51,234 nucleotides of DNA from Nemertoderma westbladi. Lineage: Eukaryota; Animalia; Xenacoelomorpha. Positions 1 to 11,549 of this stretch are shown in pieces (position 1 is the stretch's first letter; each line of letters starts with the position of its first letter). The translations under genes and the position numbers were made by a program. Location: the NCBI GenBank assembly GCA_032718475.1, contig JAUCBJ010001759.1, positions 1 to 51,234 of the forward strand. Reading direction: 5' to 3'. The notes beneath the pieces were generated by a model. That model made no database searches. It saw nothing but the letters and a program-made list of their open reading frames with translations, and was not told where the DNA came from.

Positions 1-3000
1 TCCACATTTCCTTAATCAGGTTCATTCCGGCCAAGGTTACTGGAGATATGAAATTTAGTGGGTCGAAGATGGCGCTTTTTATCGACAAACATCCCCTTTT
101 TGTCATAGGCTTGGGTAGGGGTTTATATTTGAAGATGAATTCGTCTGATTCTATGTCCCATTCAATCCCGAGTACACGATGTTCCACATCCTCCGAATAC
201 ATTTTGTTATTTTCCAGTCGGATGTCCTCCGGGAACTTTTCCATAAGGGTTTTGTCGTGGGATCTGAACTTCACGAGCGGAAAACCTCCTTTCTTTAGAC
301 ATTCTACCATCCCCATTGCTAGCCGATATGCGTCGTCCACATTATCTGCGCCAGCGCATCCATCGTCCACGTAAAAGCATCGTCTGATGGTTTCTATGAC
401 GGTTGGAGGGAACTCGTTTTCGCACATAGTTGCCGTCCTCTTCAGCATGTCACTGCATGCTACCGGCGAGTCCTTAGCGCCGAAGATCCTGACGACCATA
501 TGCATTACGTCTACGTCCTTTATCGTAAGTTGACTGATTTCCTGTTGAGTTAGCGTTTTATCCGCTTCGTTCGTTCGTTTTAGCATTATATAGGATGCGT
601 AGACAGTCTGAGTCTCTTGGTAACGTACGAACTTGATGAAACATGGCCTTGATGTCGCAGGTGAATGCTACCCGGTTTTCTCTGAACCTGATCAATACGC
701 CGATGAGTGTACTATATATGTTGGGTCCCGTGTAAAGCTGACTGTTTAGGGATTCGCCCTGGTACATAGCGGCGGCATCATTTACCACTCAGATTTTCCC
801 ACCTTTCCGGGCTTCTACTACATAGTGGGTTGGGAGATAATATGTTCTTTTACCACCTTGCAGTTCATTCCGTGGTACCATTTCTGCTAATCCATCGTCG
901 AGATATCCTTGGATTACGGTATTATATTTTTCCTTTATCTCGGGTTGTTCATTCAGCTGGCGTAGAATCCCCTTAAGTCGCCAAAGTGCCATGCTGGCGT
1001 TGTTTGCCATTGGTTTGTTTGGGTCCTTCCATAACATAGGGGAACACCAGTGTCCGTCTTTAAACGTGGCCTGGTCGAGAACGTCCATACAATATTGATC
1101 CTCTTCGGATGGGTTTTCGTCCTTTTCAGCGAACTCCTGGGTCTCTAGATTAAAATATTTCGTCATCTCTCGTTGGGTTTTCACGGTTTCCAGAAACAAA
1201 TCCTCATCAAGGTCCGTAGCTGAGCAATAACCCACGGAGGTTGCATTCTCTTTAATCTGACATTTGGGAAGGTAGGTATAGGTGTCAGTAGTTTCTTCCT
1301 TAATGCCGCAGAGTGTCCATCCCATTATTGTTCGTTCAGCATAAAATCCGTCATCCTGTTTTATAGATTGGGCGATATCTCCGGTGGGGATGTGTAGTTC
1401 CGGTGTATCAAGGCCGATCAGTAGGGTGATGCGGTTTACGTCCAACTGCGGACACCTCAGATCTACATCGTCTCGGTCCAATTGTATGAGGGGGGCGTAC
1501 TCGGCTGATTGTCGGAACCGCACTCGGAGGTCTGTGTGTACCAAGGCGTTCTTGATGGTTAACTTATCCGTTTCGTAGCCCTTCATCACTCCTTCCATCT
1601 GGAGTTGCACCTCCCCGGACTCTACCTCTCTGTTATCGGTGATGGTTTGTATGGGCCGTTTACAAGGTTCGTATTCTAGGCCGAGTTGCTCGAGGAAATC
1701 CCGGTCGATGATGGTTCCGTCGGACCCGTTATCAAGGAACGCGAGCGTCGTCAAGGATTTGCCGACTCCTTGGATCCTTACTGGGATTACCTTTGCGAAG
1801 ACCATGTAGCGGCGATTTATAAGATTAATCGTGGCCGAAATATTTGTTACTTGTGGTGTATCGGTGGAGATTTTAAACGGGTTGGTTTCTCTCCGTTGGG
1901 TTGTCCGGGTTCCTTTGAACACGTGGTTTGTTTCTCCTCTTCGCTTGGCTTCGATCCGAAAGGGGAGGGTAGTAAAATCGAAGTTCGCGGGGATGTGGAG
2001 GAGCGTGTGATGGCGTTGGTCGTTACAGACGGCACAGCATGATCTTTGGTCGCACTCCCGAACATAGTGACCTGTTCCAAGACACCGGAAGCATCCTTTG
2101 TGTTTCATTATCGCCTCGAAGCGTGGGACGAGTTCGGGAACTGAAACTTTCTGCAGAATTCCACTTTTTGTTTCTCTCCACAGAAGAGACAGAGCAGGGA
2201 ATTTGTGATGCCTTCCCTTTCGGGTGCCCAATTCGCGAGATAACATGCCCATTCCTCGGCGGATGTCAGTTCCTCGTAGTCTTCGTCGTCGGAATCCTCG
2301 GCCATGGTGATGGCCATCGTACTCACCGGTGGGGGGCGGAATCTCGATTTCGGAGGGGTTATCTTACTCCTGGAGTTGCTCTCTATTCCGTCCAACTTGG
2401 CGAGACTCTGTTTTGAAAACATCGAGTCATTCATGGCTTCGGAGAGATCGTCCAGGAATGCCGACATTTCAAGGAAGCTAGGATCTCGATCTGGATGTCT
2501 GCGCCGGAGATCTACACATTTATAAGCCCACTTACTTTGTAGCCATCCGGGGAACTTCCGGGCGATCTGTCGGAGGTTTAGAATGTTGTTCACCTGGTCC
2601 TCCTTATTTAAAGGTTTCAGAGTATAGTAGGCATCCTTCATAGAGTCGGAGAATTCCTGGATGTTCTGTGGGTCCCCTAGTGATCCCGCGTCCTGTATCA
2701 GTCTCTCTAGAGTTTTATTAATTATAGTTCCGGTATTTCCGTATCTTTTATCTAGAGTTTTCCATGCGTCATAGTATGCCTCATGAGAACCTCCCTCAAA
2801 ACATGCAATAATTCTGCGTGGTTTGTCACCCAGGTATTGCGATAAATATACCAATTTCTGTGCGTCGGCTATGTCCGTTGATCCAATCTGCGCAAAGAAC
2901 CGTTTCTTGAATCTGAGGTGATCGACGGGATCTCCTTCGAAGGTGCGGATCTCCATCTTAGGCATGGCAAGGCGGTTCTCCAACGCCCGGATGATACTGA

Positions 3001-4303
3001 CGTCGTCTGAACTGGAGTGACTCGGAGGGTTATAGTTATTGGCACTCACTCCCATACTCGATGGATCAATGATAGGTGGAGTTTTAATGATGATGCGACT
3101 ACGAGTTTGTGGTGTGGATGTAAATGGGTTGTTGGATCGGGGAGTGGCGTCCCGTTCCGAGTCCTTTTCAGGCTCGTACTTGGGTACACTCGCTGTCGTG
3201 GTGTTGGATGGGAAACACGGTTCCTCATTTTTTAGCGTAATCGGTGGGGGATGGAACACCGGTGCTTGTGCCGATAACGTAGACTGTATGGTAGGCGGGA
3301 TCTCGGATTTCGGAAGTTTCACCGCTGTTGGTGTAAATGACTTCTCTAATTCCGGTACCGGGATTGGCTCATATTCCTGATCTATATCCCTTTCCCAGTC
3401 CTCGTATAGTTGAATATCTCGTTCTATAAGTGCGGCTTCGTATTCTGCGAGTTTCGCAATATCCGCATTCTTTTTGTGAGTGAGAATCGCTTGGGCCTCG
3501 GCGTGTTGTTTACGCATTTCTGCTTCCCATTTACGTTGTTCGATCTCCTGTTTGGCTTCTCGTTCACGTTGTTCGATCTCCTGTTTGGCTTCTCGTTCAC
3601 GTTGTTCGACCTCCTGTCTATGTTGTTCGGCCCGCCGTTCAACCTCTTGTTCGGCCTCCCGTTTTTGCATTTCGGCGGCTAATATATCTTGTTCGGTTTG
3701 CAGTTGAACGTACTCATCTTCCATCCGAGCCTTGAGGGCTAATGCCTTCCGTTCTCGCAGTTGGTCTCGTAGTGGCGGCCCCCCTTGAGAACTGCGCGCT
3801 GAGCCGGATATCTCGCTCCTAGCGCTGGAGTGCTGATTTCTAGCGGACCCCGTTCTCTTTCGATGTACTGCTGTCCTGATGCTGGAGGTTTGTACTGATT
3901 CCGCGTCTGTTCTTTCAGCTCTCTTGTAGTACTGTTCTTCATAGCCTCTCACAAGGCTGAGGGTCCTCCGGTGTTATTTGCGGAACCCATCTAGATGTAC
4001 AACGTGTTCTTCTAACTTGGGGTAGTTTTCCTGATCGGTGGAGGGAACGAGCTCTTGGTACGCCTGTATCATTCTTTCGTACCGCTGAAGGATATTTCGG
4101 ATACTTTGAAGCCGAGCTTGTACCTCATTGAGGGGGGTTTTGACTCCCTTGAGTTGTTTCTCCATCCGTTGATACGCTCGGGTTACTCCGCCTTTGAGAG
4201 CCCCTAGCCGACGGGTCATGTTCTTGACGTTTGGTACTTCGTCGGCTTCCGAGTCTGTGTGGTGATCCATCTCGTCGGTATCGGATACGTTATTTGTCGT
4301 CAT
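1..4303 (-). pseudogene. gag-pol polyprotein of BEL/Pao element 1, disrupted
   Basis: Fragments 3974-4303, 2108-3952, 789-2252 and 558-788 plus further RT to position 1. In-frame stops at 3974-3976 and 789-791 (GKI*VVNDA, where R is expected), with frameshifts near 2140 and near 560. Confidence 0.88.
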
Positions 4304-4491
4304 TGTAGCGCCTCGTCGATGGCTAGATACGCGATGTCATAAAACAGTTCCTCATAGGTATTGTACTCAGCTTGGACCACCCGAACGGTAATCCTGAATC
4401 GTCCGACGTTCGTTCCTTGTACTTCAACTTCGACGTGCCAGATTCCTGGCTCAACTTGGATTATATCAATGGGTGTGATCGATACTTCCAT
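4300..4491 (-). CDS. Putative 63-aa acidic accessory ORF upstream of gag
   Basis: ATG start. Its TGA overlaps the gag ATG (ATGA at 4303-4300). The sequence pattern suggests beta strands followed by an amphipathic helix. No homolog recognised. Confidence 0.45.
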   Translation of the reverse strand: MEVSITPIDIIQVEPGIWHVEVEVQGTNVGRFRITVRVVQAEYNTYEELFYDIAYLAIDEALQ

Positions 4492-5108
4492 TCCCTGTTA
4501 ACAACTCTCCAAATATGTGATCTGCCGACTACGAGTTGGTTAGATCGAGTTTGTTGATTAATTAAACCACGACTTTTTCTTAACTCAAATACCAGAGTTT
4601 CCTCGTAGTGGGTGCTAGCAAGCACGTAGAGAGTTTTGAAGAGTATTGAAGGATTCTCAACTTCCACCAGTTGAAGTTGGCCGCGTTTTATTCTCAAATT
4701 TGACACCCTGTCAAAATTGACTGAATTATTCTCAATTTTGACACCCTGTCAAAATTGACCACATTAATTATTCTCAATTTTGTTGCCGTTATCCCTACAC
4801 CAGGGGGGGAAAAGCGCCGATGCTGGAGACGTGACTTTACAGACCACCGAGCCCCGGCCAGTCACCGGATATTGATTGTGGAGAAGGAATGATTTCTGAG
4901 ATGCAGGGTTGCGGTTGAGAAAAAGCTGCATTAGTTGGATATACTCTTTAATGTAACTGAACTCTGTTGAACCTTGTCAACATCATTGAACCTTGTTGAA
5001 CCCTGATTGAGAATAATTTTGGGCTTCCCCAAATCAATATACACCAAATATTCACAATAATTATACACGACAATATATATCCCTACAGTATATTATTTAA
5101 TTACCCAC

Positions 5109-6308
5109 TGTTCGCTCAGATTTTAGCCTAACTAATGTTCTCCAGATTTTCCCTCGGTCCTAGTCTTGATGCCGTAGTGTCGGTGTCGGTCGACCCTGTC
5201 GCGTGTCCGTTCCACCCCTCACGAACCCCGAAGGGAACGATCATCGAGAACCAGCACGGCTTGGCTAAGGGTCGGTCCAGTCGGTAGACTCCGTCGCGTA
5301 TCCGTACCACCCCTCTCGAACCCCGAAGGGATCGGTCATCGAGAACCAGTACGGCTTGGCTAGGAGTCTGTCGTGTCGGTGGACCCGTTCGCGTGTCCGT
5401 CCCACCCCTCACGAACCCCGAAGGGTTCGATCATCGAGAACCAGTACGGCTTGGCTAGGGGTCCGTCGGTTCATCGCAGAAACCCAACCACCTAGGCTTT
5501 CCGAGTCCCTTTCAGGCTCGTAGTCGCTTCGGCAGCCGAGAAACTGCTCCGAACAGTCGGTAGGCCAGTAGAGTCTAGTCCTTTGTCTTTCGACCCCGTC
5601 GCGTGTCCGTCCCACCCCTCACGAACCCCGAAGGGAACGATCATCGAGAACCAGTACGGCTTGGCTAAGGGGTCTGTCGTCGGTCCCGTCCACAAATCCC
5701 CGGTACAAGCAGTCAGCGTTCCGAGTTCTTTTCAGTCTCATAATAACTGCCGTTGACCAGAGACCGCTAAGGGCAGTCCTCGTCAAACCCTTCCTCGTAA
5801 GTCGGTAGACCCTTTCGCGTGTCCGTCCCACCCCTCACGAACCCCGAAGGGAACGATCATCGAGAACCAGTACGGCTTGGCTAGGGGTCTGTCGTGTCGT
5901 TTCCTTTCCGTCGCAAATCCCTGACACAAGCAGTCAGCATTCCGAGTTCTTTTCAGTCTCGTAATAACTGCTGTTGGCCAGGGACCGCTAAGGGCAGTCC
6001 TTGTCCTTTAGGCCTGGCGCGTTACCAAATCCACCTCTACAGGCAGCAGGAAGTTGGCCAGGGCCTAATAGTAATCAGGCTAACCTGAATACTGCTTGAA
6101 TTTTCCATCCCCCCCCTGGCCCTTATAAACATGAAATTAGTCCCGTACCCTGTAAGTCGCCCCAAAGTTCGCCCATAAATCGCCCCCAGTTTATAGAATG
6201 TGCCCAAAACCCATGGTCCCGCACCCAGTAGTAATATCGGAATAATCATTTTAAATCAATACAAAAAATATTCAACTCGCGTTATGGAAAGTTGAAATAC
6301 CGCGAACA
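5109..6308 (-). repeat. Inferred 5' LTR of element 1 (1200 bp) with internal repeats
   Basis: 7-bp terminal inverted repeats TGTTCGC...GCGAACA at 5109 and 6308, giving TG...CA ends. The second LTR is outside the window, so the inner boundary is inferred. Confidence 0.75.
5191..5890 (-). ncRNA. Five copies of a candidate structured cis-RNA (kink-turn plus UUCG hairpin)
   Basis: 68-bp cores at 5200-5267, 5295-5362, 5390-5457, 5600-5667 and 5816-5883, each enclosed by a copy-specific complementary 6-7 bp stem. See findings. Confidence 0.6.
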
Positions 6309-7998
6309 GATGCTATTTTACGAGGTTCGGTTTCAGATTGAGAATTGTGAATAATAAGTCGGGGAGCAGAATTTTTTGATATTTTACGATTGTTTAGAAA
6401 ATTTATAGATTGCCATAATTGTCTTATCGTTTGTTTTTTACCGTCAAGGGCATTTTAAAAATATTTTACTTTTGCGGTTCTAATAATGTTTCTTAGTGCA
6501 TTACGATAGGTAGTAAATTTTTCTCTACTCGCTAATGAACGTTTATTCAACCACTGTCGGTAGAGTCTATCCTTTTTATGTATACAATGTAACAAATTTT
6601 CAGGAATCCATGGGGTTTTAGGGTTGGAGATTTTAATGCGCTTAATAGGGAAGGACTCGTTATACAGCTTTTCTATAGGTTGATATAAAGGCTTTATACA
6701 AACCGTCAGTGTCATTCTCATTTATTTCCATCAACAATATAGATTCCCAGTCAGTTTCAGTTAATTTTCGTTTAAATTCATTAATTTGATCAGGAAGACT
6801 CTGTCGCTTAAATATAAATTTTTTATTTTTATTTGATAGAGGTGAATTTGATGATAAGGATCTTAATAAGAATATTGGTAGGTGGTCTGTAATCCCAGTA
6901 ACCAGAATACCAGATTTTGATGAATTGGCAAATGTGTTAACAAAAATATTATCAATGAGAGTGGCTGTAGTTTCTGTTATTCTAGTGGGTTTGGAAATAG
7001 TCGGATGGAAATTATAAGAAGTCATAAGGTTGAAAAAGTCAGTTGATTGTGTATGTCGATCTATTTTAAGAAGGTCAATATTCCAGTCCCCCATGATATA
7101 GCATACCTTGCCCTCCTCGTTAATTTTATTTAAGACAGTATCTAGTGATTTAATGCTGTCGTGAATACATCGGCCTGGGGGACGATAAATAACTCCAAGG
7201 ATTATATTTTTTTGTTTTTGTTGAGGAATTTCAACAAAAACAGTTTCTATGTCAGCGCAGTTATTTTTCGAAAGATCCTTTCTAGGCTTTACTGAAATTG
7301 AGTCTTTTACATATAGACCAACACCACCGCCTTCCTGGTTTTCCCTACAAAAGCTATAAGATTTAAATCCTGGAAATTAATATGTTTTCAGGTCATGTTT
7401 GTCGTCATCCCGAAATCCCAATAGCATCAAATTTACAGTCTAGTTGAATTAAGTAATCGCTAATATCATCAAAATTTGCAGGCAAACTACGAGCATTAAA
7501 ATGAATAAGTGAAAAGTATTTTTTTATGTTTACATCTTTACAAATTGCATTAAAGTCATCTGAAAATAAATAACTACATTTTGTAATGTCATTAAAATCA
7601 GAAAACAAATTTACATCAGGATTAAAGTCAAAATCGAAATCCCTATGGTCGTTGTTGAGATGATAAGGTTCAAGAAACATCGAATCTAGAGCTGAAATAT
7701 TGAGGTTAACAGGAAGGCGGTAGTCAAAAATAGTGTATTTATACTCCTCATCATCATCAATATTTATAAAAGGTAGTGATTGCGCCATGCACGTAGGACA
7801 GTACCACGGCAGTACTGACCTTTGAAAATCAATATAGTCCCTGGGGGCTATATAAGGCTTGATGCATTTACGGTGGTACCATAGCAGACAAATTTCACAG
7901 AAAATTTCAGAAATTGTAGTTTTCACCTCAGTGCGACAGTCGCTACATGTAGACCTACTATTAGTTTCATCAACACATGCACTAGTTTGAAATGACAC
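6309..7998 (-). mobile_element. CR1/L2-group LINE ORF2 5' part (PHD finger plus AP endonuclease), frameshifted and interrupted by element 1
   Basis: PHD pattern CSDC...CEICLLWYHRKC...WYCPTC, then APE motifs HFNARSL, GGGVGLYV, GDWNIDLL, PTRITETTATLIDNIF, TDHLPIF and the post-APE PWI motif. The coding pattern continues to 6309. Confidence 0.88.
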
Positions 7999-8149
7999 AG
8001 TATTTGAATTTGACTATTTATATAGCTATTGCCTTTTAGTACCGTACTGTACCGGTACCAAATACTTTCAGTTTGTTTTCATAACAATCGGTCTTGCTCC
8101 GACATACATACTCGATATGTTAGAGCCCAATTACAATTGTACGAGAACA

Positions 8150-8412
8150 GAGTATCTTTGGACCCTGAAGGTCCCGCCTTCAAATCAAACTATCAAGCTT
8201 TGGGGCCAGATCTTTCAGTTACGCCGCCCCAGTGGTTTTTAATAGCCTCCACTTAACCTAAGAACTGCTACTGACATAAAACACTTTTAAAGTCGGTTTA
8301 AAAACCGAACTTTACAATAGAGCGTTTAATATCTGAATGGGTCATGAGCGCCTTAGAATCTATTTATCGAGTTGGGCGCTATATAAATAATAGTTTATTA
8401 TTATTATTATTA
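8150..8412 (+). mobile_element. 5'-truncated L2-type LINE 3' end
   Basis: Frameshifted C-terminal motif FGARSFSYAAP..NSL..LR...FKS.LKT.LY..AF, followed by the L2-like tail AGCGCCTTAG...GGCGCTATATAAAT and (TTA)n. The 5' boundary is approximate. Confidence 0.75.
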
Positions 8413-8699
8413 CAACAAAAGTAATGAATACTTCGGGTATAATAGATAGGCCTACTGTGTTAGCTGATTGTCACCAACTAAAATTAGAATGATTTTCGTC
8501 TACCAGTCAGCCGGTAGGGGCTGGTATTGCAACTATAACTACCGGTAGCTCCTTATAAGATATGTTTACTGCGTACCGTACCTGCTAATAGACTACCAAA
8601 TCACATTGCGCCTATTTGCTTGACGCTGTTACCTTATAACGTCCAGACTTACAGGGCAGGGCGTCTTACCAAGGAGCGTGTGTATGAAGGTATGTAGGA

Positions 8700-9232
<533 letters not shown>

Positions 9233-9283
9233 GATACAGGATCCTGTAATTAATTTACCAATAAGATAATATCTCCTTCGCAG

Positions 9284-9495
9284 GCTGCTGGTCGTGGTTG
9301 CCATGTGGTCGCCGGTACTGCGGGCTACTGCTTCGGTAACCTACTGATCCCGGGGTACCCGTTGCCATGGGAGCCCAAGGACTGGGTCTACCCACCCAAC
9401 ATGGCTAGTCCTCTGGAGATCGCGGTGGAAGCTTCCAACGGGGCCTCAGACTATGGGAATAAGTTCGGCGAGCCTGTGCTAGCCGGATTCGCTAG
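9284..9495 (+). CDS. PFAS: Phosphoribosylformylglycinamidine synthase, internal exon
   Basis: Acceptor ccttcgcag, then AAGRGCHVVAGTAGYCFGNL...ASNGASDYGNKFGEPVLAGFAR, then donor AG|gtaagt (phase 2). Confidence 0.95.
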
Positions 9496-9500
9496 GTAAG

Positions 9501-10115
9501 TCTACCACCTCTGGGTTCTACCATCGGTTTCTCCCTCTGGGTTCTACCATCGGTTTCTCCCTCTGGGTTCTACCATCGGTTTCTCCCTCTGGGTTCTACC
9601 ATCGGTTTCTCCCTCTGGGTTCTACCATCGGTTTCTCCCTCTGGGTTCTACCATCGGTTTCTCCCTCTGGGTTCTACCATCGGTTCCTCCCTCTGGGTTC
9701 TACCATCGGTTTCTCCCTCTGGGTTCTACCATCTGTTTCTCCCTCTGGGTTCTACCATCGGTTTCTCCCTCTGGGTTCCACCATCGGTTTCTCCCTCTGG
9801 GTTCTACCATCGGTTTCTCCCTCTGGGTTCTACCATCGGTTTCTCCCTCTGGGTTCTACCATCGGTTTCTCCCTCTGGGTTCTACCATCGGTTTCTCCCT
9901 CTGGGTTCTACCATCGGTTTCTCCCTCTGGGTTCTACCATCGGTTTCTCCCTCTGGGTTCTACCATCGGTTTCTCCCTCTGGGTTCTACCATCGGTTTCT
10001 CCCTCTGGGTTCTACCATCGGTTTCTCCCTCTGGGTTCTACCATCGGTTTCTCCCTTTGGGTTCTACCATCGGTTTCTCCCTCTGGGTTCTACCATCGGT
10101 TTCTCCCTCTGGGTT
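9501..10115 (+). repeat. 26-bp satellite (CCATCGGTTTCTCCCTCTGGGTTCTA)n, left block, ~23 units
   Basis: Directly visible. It starts right after the splice donor and ends at the element 2 insertion. Confidence 0.98.
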
Positions 10116-11549
10116 TGTAAAAGCTTTTGCGTAATTAACCGGTTATTTTCCCGTAAAGTACTCTGTAGTTGGTTTACCAGGCATAAAAAGGCCGTGTCCT
10201 TACTGTATTGGTGTTTTAGAGGACATAAAAGTCATTTCTTCTGTATGTGTACTTTAGAGGACATAATCCGCAATTTCGTGGCGCAATAAGCTGGATACTC
10301 TTGAAAACAGTGTCGCTACCATGACGACGGCTAACAGCTGATATTGCCACGTCGAACATTTCTTTGTTCTTTGTTCTCTCTTTGTACGGTCGACCAATCA
10401 GAGCGTTTTTTGTCTCTGTGTTAGAGTTGGATACAGAAACTCAGTAGTTCAGTGTTATGTTTTTGCCCAGAGCCTAAGAACACTGGCTTTTGGCACCTCC
10501 GTGTTTCAGTCTTTAGTTTAACATTAGTAGGCTTAATTATAGAACGTATATCTGTTATCTCAACAAATCGAGTTAACTCACTCGCTTAATAATCATTTAT
10601 ACCTTAACTTTACTGCTTTTGCTGTCGGTTATTCATTATATTTGTGGATGAAATATTATATCGGAATACTGATCAATAGTCAGACACCCCAATCTTCTTG
10701 ATATACTAAAGGTTGGAGAGACCGGTTACATATAAACGATTGCGACCTATGTTAAGTGGTTTGAAGTGAATCTAATGCTATTTCATAGGCCCTACATAAA
10801 TTGTATGTTGCTCTCTTTATACGTGACTAAAATTAGTGAAGGTCGGCAGATTAGTATGCAGTATTGTGCAGCATTGTGTATGATTGTAACTGATAACAAA
10901 GCATCTCCTAAAGAATGCGCCATATACGTTAATCTATAGCCATTTCGTTGTGTCTAGTTTAAGTCATAACTCTGTTTACATATTTAGAGCGCCACGTCCT
11001 AAAGGAACTGTTAATATTTCCCGAAAGTGAATAATATTTGTCAGAGATTATATATTACGATCAGTCGAATAATACAGTAGGCTTACACCATCAATCAAGT
11101 TAAGCTTCCGAATTCAGTCTCCCGGGTATATCCAGCGGGTGAATGATTGCGCATAGACTGGCTTCGGCTAATGTAGTGTATCAAATACTCGTCATAGGCT
11201 AAAGACTATCTATCATCTAAAAGACATCCTAATTTGGCAGGTTAAACTGTCAAAGGTCTTAAGCGCAAACAATAACAGATTGCTTCTAGATTGCGGTGTA
11301 AGCAATCTAGTCGAAAGTACCGGTCGACTGGTAACCAGTAGGCCTGACTGCCTGATCATCCGGACCGGTACCTACAGCAGTACAGGTACAGCAGTATTAT
11401 TCGATTGTGGTATTGTATACCGGTAGGCTGTTTAAGAGATTAGGGACTGTACACCCCTTGTTTCTTTTGGAGCTTACTTATTTCTGTCAGTTTTATTTAT
11501 TTGTAGGCCAGTATTGAGCAGAAGGCGTGTAAGCCTGCTCAGATTGTAC

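Larger units (their letters stand above)
1..6308 (-). mobile_element. BEL/Pao LTR retrotransposon (element 1), decayed, runs off the window at position 1
   Basis: Minus-strand domain order is gag (FEGDPVDHLRFKKRF...AWKTLDKRYG), Cys/His knuckles (CFRCLGTGHYVREC, CAVCNDQRHHTLLH), aspartic protease (AFLDNGSDGTII), RT (YLPTHYV, DIKAMFHQV, CFYVDDG at ~360-380) and the Pao-type RVLGIEWD...FDPL region. The element begins TGTTCGC at 6308, exactly where the host LINE reading frame stops. Confidence 0.93.

Noticed and set aside
3974-3976. Stop-codon readthrough in element 1 gag
   Set aside because: The element has several other stops and frameshifts, so mutational decay is more parsimonious.
5191-5890. 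CRISPR-like repeat-spacer appearance
   Set aside because: Repeats are 68 bp, spacers are unequal and related to each other, no cas genes are present, and the context is a eukaryotic LTR.
5191-5890. Hammerhead ribozyme or SECIS interpretation of the LTR hairpins
   Set aside because: There is no CUGANGA...GAAA core. The AUGA/GA motif is SECIS-like, but the upper helix is only ~7 bp and is capped by UUCG rather than an AA-containing loop.
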